Source: Corallochytrium limacisporum Hawaii (lineage: Eukaryota > Protista > Pluriformea). Taken from it: 64,000 nt of DNA. Made by a program: the position numbers and the translations under genes. The DNA is taken from assembly GCA_002811645.1 (NCBI GenBank), contig PDIP01000051.1, forward strand, positions 10,393 through 74,392, in the 5' to 3' direction. The stretch's first letter is position 1, and each line of letters starts with the position of its first letter. Shown here one piece after another: positions 56,148-64,000 of the stretch. The notes under the pieces are model-generated. The model was given only the letters and a program-made list of their open reading frames with translations, ran no database searches and was not told the DNA's origin.

Positions 56148-56168
56148 CCCCCCGGGCGGGGGGGGGGG
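56148..56168. repeat. C6-GGGC-G11 element
   Basis: Same internal GGGCG variant as the copy at 24430. Confidence 0.8.
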
Positions 56169-57121
56169 TTTGGGGGCGTTCGTGGCCGACACATCGTAAA
56201 GCGAACCCTGGTCCTGGTGGTCATATGGGAGTCCAGTATACATTTTGAGTTTTACTTTTGTATACATACTGTGTACTCTTTTTTTCTATATTGTAACATC
56301 TCCGTATAAAATATAACATTGCTATAACCCCTAACCCCTTTCGAGCGGAGGTTCCCTACACCCCTTCCTCCACCTTGGAGACCGCCACTCATCGGTTCAC
56401 TCCCGGTGTCAGCTCTAAATCAAAAGCCATCAATCAGCGGAGAAAACCATCCAATAAGTACGAGGATTGTACATCACAAAATTCGCGAAATATAGAATCA
56501 ATACCTGATCCATTTCACTACCTACACAATAGGAATATGAATATTTAGTGGTGATTTCTCTGCCCCTTCGTCTCCAACGGCCCCCGAAAGCCCGCTCACT
56601 CTTCCAGAGCGGCGCAGAGCGGGAGCGAGGAGGGTCTCCGCGCAAAGGGGCGGGCTGCGCTGAGCGCACAGAGCGGCCTAGTTTGTCGCCAGTGTGCCTG
56701 TCGCTGCCATCCCTGTGCGAACGCTGGTCTTGATCTGTAGATCCTCTTCGTCAATGGACGCGTGTTGCTGTACTGGTTCATGTGTAGGGCTGTCGCTCTG
56801 CTTCGCTCACTCAAGATTGGAAACTGTGGCTGAGACTATAAAGGATGTGATGCCTACAAAGCTTTGGGCTAACACATATTGCCGCCGAAAATCAAATCTA
56901 GAACCATCGGAGCACGATTCGTCGGGATTCTTGGGGTTTCGTTTATAGTTTGTCTATCCGTGCGACAAATGAGAACAACAACACCGCTAATTTATGTGAT
57001 CCGCTTACGGTCTACGGAAAAGCAGTATATGAATGTGTACAAAAGAAGACCTTGTAGTAAGACTACAGGCAAAGTGGTTTTAGTTAGCCATCATACAGAA
57101 CTGGTTTAAGTCCTTACCACC

Positions 57122-58588
57122 ATGCCAAAGGGCTCGGGCAAGAAGGGCAGCGAGGCCAAGGGAAAGGCCAAGGGAGAGGCCAAGGCTGCTGCCCCAGTCG
57201 AGATTGACGCCGACCCCTCCAGCCTGGGCACACAACAGATCGAGGAAGCCATGCGCAAGATGCAGCAAGAACTGGACAAAGAACGTCAGGAACGCAACTA
57301 CTACCAAACCGAACGCGATCGCATCCACGAGTTTTGGGAGATTGCTAAGAAGGGAGCGGAGGATTTAAAGACCCAATTACGCAACCGCGACCGGGAGCTT
57401 CAGGACATTGAGGAACGACACCAGGTTGAAATCAAGGTCTACAAGCAAAAGATCAAGCACCTGCTCTATGAGCACCAGAACTCATTAACCACAGCCAAGG
57501 CAGAGGGTGCCACTGCAGTCAAAGTCGCTCACGATGACACAATTGAACGCGAGAAGGAACTGCGATCGGATCAGAAGGACCTACGCCTGCGCCTGAAGGA
57601 ATTCGAATTGCAACACGAGGATATTGTTAAATCATTGCAGCGTGAGCATGACAAGCAGGTCACAGAGTTGCGTAAAGATTTTGAGCAGCAGGTGAAAGAC
57701 ATTGTGGACAAGTATGACCGCAAAATGCGGTCTCTGCGGGACGACCTCGAGCTGCGCCGCAAGAACGAAATGCATGAAATTGAGGAACGCAAGAATCAAC
57801 AGATGAATGCCCTCATGAAAAATCATGAAAAGGCTTTTGGTGACATTAAGAACTACTACAACGACATTACGCTCAACAATTTGGCGTTGATCAACTCGTT
57901 AAAGGAAAGCATGGAAGAAATGAAACGTAAGGAGGAGCGCAAGGATAAGCTTATGGTTGAGATCACCAACGAGAATACGCGCCTGACGGAGCCGCTGCAG
58001 AAAGCGAAGGCCCAAAACGATGAGATGAGCCGCAAGCTCGTGCATCTGACGAAGGACCGCACCGCCCTTTTTAACGCGAAGCAACAGAACAAGATGCTGG
58101 AAGAAGAGGTCAAAGATTTGCGATGGCAGGTCGAGATCATGACCCAGCGTTTCGAGAGTGTGGAGACCGAACGGGACGACCTCTACGAGAAGTTCGTAGG
58201 CACGATCCGGGAAGTACAACAGAAGGCGGGATTCAAGAATCTGATCCTAGAGAAAAAGCTCAAGGCTCTGGCTGAAGACCTGGAGAAGAAGGAAGGTCAA
58301 CTCAACGAGGTGCTCGCAGCCTCGAATCTAGATCCGAACGCCCTCAGTGCGGTAACAAGGAAGCTTGAAGATGTATTAGACAGCAAGAACCAGGCAATCA
58401 AGGACCTCCGGTACGAGCTCGCGCGTGTGTGTAAGGCGCATAACGATGTTCTGCGCACCTACGAGGGGAAAATGGCCGAATTTGGCATTTCCACCGCCGA
58501 CATCGGCTTCAAGCCGCTCACCACCAAAGCTGCGCAGCATCTGGGCAAGGCACCCGCTGGACTGGTTAGTTCTGGCACCGGGGCGTAA
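57122..58588 (+). CDS. GAS8: Dynein regulatory complex subunit 4 (GAS8/DRC4/trypanin)
   Basis: ERQERNYYQTERDRIHEFWEI, EERHQVEIKVYKQKIKHLLYEHQN, ELRRKNEMHEIEERKN, HEKAFGDIKNYYNDITLNNLALINSLK, YELARVCKAHND. Start context caccATG. Confidence 0.97.
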   Translation: MPKGSGKKGSEAKGKAKGEAKAAAPVEIDADPSSLGTQQIEEAMRKMQQELDKERQERNYYQTERDRIHEFWEIAKKGAEDLKTQLRNRDRELQDIEERHQVEIKVYKQKIKHLLYEHQNSLTTAKAEGATAVKVAHDDTIEREKELRSDQKDLRLRLKEFELQHEDIVKSLQREHDKQVTELRKDFEQQVKDIVDKYDRKMRSLRDDLELRRKNEMHEIEERKNQQMNALMKNHEKAFGDIKNYYNDITLNNLALINSLKESMEEMKRKEERKDKLMVEITNENTRLTEPLQKAKAQNDEMSRKLVHLTKDRTALFNAKQQNKMLEEEVKDLRWQVEIMTQRFESVETERDDLYEKFVGTIREVQQKAGFKNLILEKKLKALAEDLEKKEGQLNEVLAASNLDPNALSAVTRKLEDVLDSKNQAIKDLRYELARVCKAHNDVLRTYEGKMAEFGISTADIGFKPLTTKAAQHLGKAPAGLVSSGTGA

Positions 58589-58818
58589 GGACCGGACTGA
58601 CGAGTGTGTGAGGGTGAGATCCTGAGGAATACGATTGCTGGTACATAGTTTTCCAAGATCATATTCGTTCGCAGTGCAGGAAGCCATGGACCAAAAACAA
58701 TATCATGGAATCCTTCTACTTTTACAAGTAAACTACTAGATGTTTACATCAATTCTTTTTAGGTTTCTACTTCTTCCGAAGACGGAAGTCTTCCAAGCTC
58801 AGATATCGCGGATTTGCA

Positions 58819-61800
58819 TCACGGACCTAACCGCACGCGGATCAGTTCCCGCAGTCGCTGCAGGCTCATGACCTCTTCATCTACCTCCGTGGGCTCGACA
58901 ATGGGCAATCCGTCCCGCCAGGCCGTGATATTGCGCCGGAGCCTCGTCGGCGAAACAGTTTGACCACCACTGGTACCTGTCTGCACCATTGCCACTCTAT
59001 GCATGTCCGTCGGCAAAGACTCGCGGGCGAGCCTGACCCTCACGCGCCCGAGTGGCGTCAAGGATTGACGGGCAACGATCTCATACTCTGCGTCCCAGCT
59101 AGGGCCAGATGCCAGGATGTGGAGGTCGACAAAGAAGCAGCCAGCGTCATTGTCGCTGGTGCCGTCAATCACTAGAACACGCAGTGAAGCGCACTGTGTT
59201 GCGTCATCAAGTAGATGCCGGGCGACGTACAGCACACAATGACAGGACACCTCTGAAGTATTGGAAGTGTCGCCGCCTTTGCCGCCCATTCTGTCCTGAT
59301 CCTTCCATTGTCTGGTTTGGTCCTCACTGATCTTCATTGGAAGCTCTGTTTCCATCGTGGACAGTACAGTCCTGGCGTCCGCATCAAGCACCTCGACACG
59401 AAAACGAGTTGGTGCCTTGTCATCCCTCTTCTGTACTGTCGCGGCCCAGGCCAATTCACTGAGGGTGACCGTGATTGGCAGGCGTCGCTGTCCCTCGTCG
59501 ACAGAAGGAGACCGATGCGAATCCATTGGGCCTGAGTGCGTGGTTTCCTTGCCTTTGGTTTCCGGTGAAGTAAGCGTATCGTTCAGGCCGGCCCCATCAG
59601 AGGTCTCAGCCGCGACGGTATCGGCCGTACGGTTAACCTCTGTGTCCGCGCCACCAGATCCTACCTTTTCAATTTCTTCTTCGTTCTCACTGTCCGACAG
59701 ATGGACTCCAAAGCGGAGCGGGTCATTGGCCGCCAGTCGCGAGAAAGTGTCTGACAGAGAATCCAGTTCGCTGAAGACAGCCGTGAATTTTCCTCTCGCC
59801 TTGCTTGAAGACTGCTGCCTCGGGACGGCTGCCTGTGATCGGGGATGGGGCACCCGGCCCTCAATGCCCTTACCTATCGCTGTTTGCCGCTGATGGATTT
59901 GCTCCTGAACTAAAGCCTGACGGCTGCCGGAGTGATGCAGTAGCGGGCTGGAACCCATAAGACCCGGAATCCTTTCTGTGAGGCCACTGACCTGGCTGCT
60001 GTGGATAGGACGGCTGGGGCTGATCTCGAAATCTTCGTCATCATAGTTGAATTTTTCGCGATCTGCTGCTGGTGGCGTGCGGATTGGACTGACCTCCCGG
60101 CAGTCGATGTTCAGCAACTTTGCAACGTCACTGGTGTCGTCATCAATGGCGTCTGTCGGTGAGTAGTGCAGACTCGCAGCTGAGGCGGCGAGGATAAGCT
60201 CCGGGGCTGATGCTCCATGGGCCGGCGCTGGCCGGAGCGGGGACTCTGACTTCATTGAAGATGCCTTCTCCGGCTCCACTGCGAGCCGCTTCCGCCTGCT
60301 CTGGCGTAGGGACGGTCCCTCACCGCATCTACGACCACCTAATGCAAATAACCTCGCCTGAGAGCTGATATTCAGTGTCGAATCTTGTGTTTGGTCGTCA
60401 GCCATCCTTTGGTTAAATCGTGTCGTCCGCGAGTCGTCAACGAGACCTTGAACTAGCCGGTGGCGTTGACGGTGTTGCTCTAGAGCGTAGTACCCAAACG
60501 CAGGTGGACTGCGGTCGCGGAAGGGCACGGGGTTTTCCCGGCGCTTCTCCCCGAGTTGTACAATCGCAGCTTGCTTCCGCTTCTCCCTTAAGCGACGCAT
60601 AGCAGGCCCCTCATGTCGACTTGTAGTCCGTGCAGCGATATCGTTGGTGGGAATAAACCAACTCTCGCTTGGTGGAAGCGGTACGCGTGGTCGACTGTAA
60701 CTCCCCTGGGGATATGGTCTCTGAGTATCAACATCTGCCGTGGTCACACCAGATGCCTGCTTCTGTTCGCGAAGCACTGGGTAGGCCACGGCATGCTGTG
60801 GGCGATGCCAAGTGCGACGATTACGTTCCCGTCGGCTACCAATGTTTCCCTCGGCAATATCACCCAATGGTCGACTGGGTGTCCGTGTATTCTCGTCCCC
60901 GCCGGTGTAGAGTGAATTGATACTGCGCTCAGTGTGCCTAATTACTGGACTTTTGCCTTTGGCCCTACCATCATCTTCGCGAATACGATCGTAGGTAATA
61001 TCCAATCCGTTGTTGACCTGCGTGGCCGTGTCTTGCCTACTACCTTTCCTACGGCCGAACTCGCCCTCGTCTCCGGGCCCGTTCTGCATGTCTCCCTCTC
61101 CGAGCCCGCCCTGTATGTCCCAGGCCAAAGGATCTCCTTCCCTGCCCTCCTCTGCCTCGTCTAACGCCCAGGCAGGCGTACGGAACAACTCCGCTCCCGA
61201 CGACAGCGCCTGACGCGCGTCACAACTACGTTTAGTGTTCGGCAGAAAGTTCAAATTCCGCCGCAGCCACTGAACTACTTCAGCAGTTAGCGACGGCAGT
61301 AGGACTTCGTGGAGCGCCGGTACACGTATATCCTCCATCCAGAATTCCACTCTGCGCAAAACACGATCCCGCACTGCCCGAGGGACTCTGCTTTCGTCAA
61401 GCATACGCGACAGGACCCAGCGATTGCGTGAGTCAAGCCTACGGTCCGCGGAGGTAGTGTCCGAGTTGTTAGTCGCCTTCACCTTCGTCCGTCTTTGGTC
61501 ACTGGCCAACGATCCGCGCCTGAGCAGGGCCATGAGCGCAGCCATCCGGTCCGCGGGATGGTCATAGGCAAGCGGGAACGACTCCAAATCAGGGCAAAGC
61601 ATATGTAGGAGCATGGCCGAACAGCTCCACACATCGTTGGTGGGCTCGTGGGTCAGGCCCATAGGATAGGTCTCGAGGAGATTGCTGGCAGTTTGGCTGT
61701 TCAGGTCGCCTCTGCCGGTCACGCCCACCTCTTCCCTTGCTCCAGCGAGGTCCAGGTCGGTGACGGCTGCATGATGAGGCCCCTTGGCGCCCGTGCTGCG

Positions 61801-63087
61801 ATTTTCAATTATTACAAAGCTCGGTTTTTCACTGTCCCCCGCAGATGTCCTACCCTTGTCGGCCATCATCCCATCGACAGTGAACAAGCGCATACCTAGA
61901 GCTGACGCCGGATCACAGTACCAGCGTTTGGCCGCCACCGTAGGTTCCTGGTGCGGCCATTGGTGGCGACTCTGGGCCGAAGGCCCTGTGCGTCCAGCGC
62001 GATAGGGTCCTCCAAAAGCCGTGGAAACGCTGGTCAGACGTTTGGAGTAGTATGGTAGGAACGGAGCGAGCAAGACTTTAAGCTTTTCATGCGCGATGCC
62101 GCTAGCCCGGTGCTGTGATCGGCTCTTCGTGTTGGGGACGCCGTGCGCACTTCGGCTTTCCCGACGAATATATACTGAGAAGGGTGTGATGTTCCCATGA
62201 GTCTGTCCCTCCGCGTGCAGAGGCCGCAGTTTTCGTAGAACTGTTTTCACCACTGCAACTGCTTGAGAGGGTGCCATGCTGCCGTCCATGAGCCAGGCTA
62301 GCTCCTGCAGCCGCTGTTGCTCCTGCACATCCTGCTCAATATCGATATCATTCTCTTTAGACGCCGACTCATACTGTCTAAACCGTATTTTCTCGGCCAT
62401 TTCCGCACTCAACGCCTCTCCTGCAACCAATCTCCGTTCGCGGGCGTCGCACATGACGTGCCAGAGGGTCGTACGTTCCGCCGGCTCGGACAGGGTAATT
62501 CGCCATGTCGTTAGGGGCTTGGCCTGGTGGGCAGAGTCCATAGAATTGTATGAAGTCCCATCGTTTTCTCCCTCGTCGACGTCATTCTCCCTGTCGTCGT
62601 CGTCGTCGTCAGTGTCAAAATCGTCGTTCTCGTCGTCAGATGGGAAGTCCTTCCGCAGGGTCATACCTGACCGCCCTGATTGCCGCATTGATCGCAGTCT
62701 GCGCAATTCCTTCACAGATTTCAATGCGTTCGCCGCCGAATGACCTCTTCGTTTGCCTCTTACCCCTACGGGAGGTTGTTGTTGTGTACTGAGGGCGAGT
62801 AATTTGCCGTATCGGGCCTTGTAAGTGTCAATGTATGTCTTTGGGTATGGAACCGCCGGTATCTTGGGCATGGGCCGCCCTGAACTGTCCACAGCTTCGA
62901 TGTAGTAGTCATCAAGGCTCAATCTTCTTCGATTGTGGTACTCAGCCAGCAGCTTCAGTCGGAGAGTCGCCGATGCAGTGGTCGGGAACTCGTACACTGA
63001 AATTCGGACCCGACAGCCTGTCCGGCGACTTCGCCCAACGAAGTAGCCGTCCCCGCAGGCGACGATGTCCCTGGCAATCTTTTCCAT
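58819..63087 (-). CDS. Large protein with a degenerate protein-kinase-like domain, disordered middle and C-terminal C2-like domain
   Basis: 1422-aa ATG ORF. LHAEGQTHGNITPFSVYI resembles subdomain VIb, WYCDP subdomain VIII and DVWSCSAML subdomain IX. Beta-rich C-terminus (RFRVEV...LRVLVID...AGCFFVDL...GRVRVRL). Confidence 0.75.
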   Translation of the reverse strand: MEKIARDIVACGDGYFVGRSRRTGCRVRISVYEFPTTASATLRLKLLAEYHNRRRLSLDDYYIEAVDSSGRPMPKIPAVPYPKTYIDTYKARYGKLLALSTQQQPPVGVRGKRRGHSAANALKSVKELRRLRSMRQSGRSGMTLRKDFPSDDENDDFDTDDDDDDRENDVDEGENDGTSYNSMDSAHQAKPLTTWRITLSEPAERTTLWHVMCDARERRLVAGEALSAEMAEKIRFRQYESASKENDIDIEQDVQEQQRLQELAWLMDGSMAPSQAVAVVKTVLRKLRPLHAEGQTHGNITPFSVYIRRESRSAHGVPNTKSRSQHRASGIAHEKLKVLLAPFLPYYSKRLTSVSTAFGGPYRAGRTGPSAQSRHQWPHQEPTVAAKRWYCDPASALGMRLFTVDGMMADKGRTSAGDSEKPSFVIIENRSTGAKGPHHAAVTDLDLAGAREEVGVTGRGDLNSQTASNLLETYPMGLTHEPTNDVWSCSAMLLHMLCPDLESFPLAYDHPADRMAALMALLRRGSLASDQRRTKVKATNNSDTTSADRRLDSRNRWVLSRMLDESRVPRAVRDRVLRRVEFWMEDIRVPALHEVLLPSLTAEVVQWLRRNLNFLPNTKRSCDARQALSSGAELFRTPAWALDEAEEGREGDPLAWDIQGGLGEGDMQNGPGDEGEFGRRKGSRQDTATQVNNGLDITYDRIREDDGRAKGKSPVIRHTERSINSLYTGGDENTRTPSRPLGDIAEGNIGSRRERNRRTWHRPQHAVAYPVLREQKQASGVTTADVDTQRPYPQGSYSRPRVPLPPSESWFIPTNDIAARTTSRHEGPAMRRLREKRKQAAIVQLGEKRRENPVPFRDRSPPAFGYYALEQHRQRHRLVQGLVDDSRTTRFNQRMADDQTQDSTLNISSQARLFALGGRRCGEGPSLRQSRRKRLAVEPEKASSMKSESPLRPAPAHGASAPELILAASAASLHYSPTDAIDDDTSDVAKLLNIDCREVSPIRTPPAADREKFNYDDEDFEISPSRPIHSSQVSGLTERIPGLMGSSPLLHHSGSRQALVQEQIHQRQTAIGKGIEGRVPHPRSQAAVPRQQSSSKARGKFTAVFSELDSLSDTFSRLAANDPLRFGVHLSDSENEEEIEKVGSGGADTEVNRTADTVAAETSDGAGLNDTLTSPETKGKETTHSGPMDSHRSPSVDEGQRRLPITVTLSELAWAATVQKRDDKAPTRFRVEVLDADARTVLSTMETELPMKISEDQTRQWKDQDRMGGKGGDTSNTSEVSCHCVLYVARHLLDDATQCASLRVLVIDGTSDNDAGCFFVDLHILASGPSWDAEYEIVARQSLTPLGRVRVRLARESLPTDMHRVAMVQTGTSGGQTVSPTRLRRNITAWRDGLPIVEPTEVDEEVMSLQRLRELIRVRLGP

Positions 63088-64000
63088 TCTTCCTTACGTA
63101 TCGACCGACTAAAGTATTAATTCCAGGTGCTTACATGTTTCCCTGTCGCATGATACGCAGCTTGAACGATGTTAACCGTCTCATTTACAACCATCGCTGC
63201 CCCCGAAACTTGCTACCACAATCTCACACGCTACGTGAAGCATGGGTATAACCAAGACTCGTAATCTCGGCACTTGGACATAAATACCGTAAACTACGAA
63301 CCAAATGATTCCGTAAGAAACTCGTGAACTCATAAACAAAGGTGGCACACTCTACCACCTTGTTCCGCTTTCAATGCCAACTGTCGCAACAAAGTGGATT
63401 GTGACCCGACGGAGGACCCCCCGGGATTTTGGGCCCCTGTCGTGCTGCGAGCGCAGCTTCACAGTCCGAACCCTTCCCGCCAGAAAAGAATGTAGACTCC
63501 CCTTGCGGTCGTTAAATAGGCCCCGGTTAGTAAGCGCATTCGGTCGGCCGGGTTTCCACGGCGGCCCGCGTTTCATTTCACCGCCAGCCGGGCCGCGAGT
63601 GAGAGACGACGATTGCATTGAGCGCAAAACAACGACGAAACGAAAACAGCCGATGATTGGGATCCATTCCAGCATGGAGGTATCGCTCTCCGTAAGAATC
63701 CGAGCACCTCATGCACGACTGTGGCGCACAAACTGCCGGAACGAGCGCTACAGAGGCAGATAAGGAAGATGGCTTCACTAGGGTCAACGCACAAGACCAA
63801 AACAAACCAAGCGACCATACTAATGGTCTTGGGCACATCATGATGATGTAACGCGCTTACTGGGTCTTCTCACAAAGCAGAATTTATCAAGGTGGCCTTT
63901 CATAAGATTAATTAGTATTAGTATTAAAATGGAAAATTGGTAAACTGTTTGTCCAACAGGGTGTAATCAACAGCAAGTCAAGTTTCATCCGTTGGTGATT

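Noticed and set aside
56325-56338. TAACCCCTAACCCC telomere-like repeat
   Set aside because: Only two units of a C4 variant with no supporting structure; compatible with chance.
58768-58791. Overlapping small hairpins (CTTCCG-AAGA-CGGAAG; GAAGAC-GGAA-GTCTTC) between convergent genes
   Set aside because: 6-bp stems only; eukaryotic context, so not called as a terminator.
1-64000. CRISPR arrays, rRNA, transposons, TGA-CTA readthrough motifs, alternative genetic code
   Set aside because: None seen. Conserved proteins translate correctly with the standard code, and the only recoding evidence is the Sec UGA.

Overview
Gene-dense, almost intron-free eukaryotic DNA with 16 long, apparently single-exon CDSs, one tRNA-Leu(UAG) and three N-gaps. 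Several low-complexity non-coding blocks of 3-6 kb separate the genes. The gene set mixes animal-like genes (Sec-containing large thioredoxin reductase, tau-tubulin kinase, TBC1D23, ARMC9, GAS8/DRC4, TMEM42) with fungal/plant-type enzymes (Psd2-type phosphatidylserine decarboxylase, type II NADH dehydrogenase). This suggests a unicellular opisthokont or holozoan; an intron-poor one such as Corallochytrium is an unverified inference. Main signals not visible in the ORF track: (1) the TTBK gene has a 628-codon in-frame upstream extension with no Met, 1,627 nt of it free of ATG in all three frames, behind a 12-codon uORF, which is a signature of non-AUG initiation/reinitiation control; (2) TrxR ends Gly-Cys-UGA-Gly and has an atypical CUGA-type SECIS; (3) a decayed CCDC39 remnant and an out-of-frame ARMC9 LisH segment lie near intact ciliary genes; (4) a recurrent self-complementary C-run/G-run element is confined to intergenic DNA; (5) a highly base-paired ~0.8 kb region next to the tRNA carries a telomere-template-like 10-mer; (6) an alpha/beta-hydrolase is fused to a WS/DGAT-like domain. 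All family assignments are from motif recognition by eye; no searches were run.
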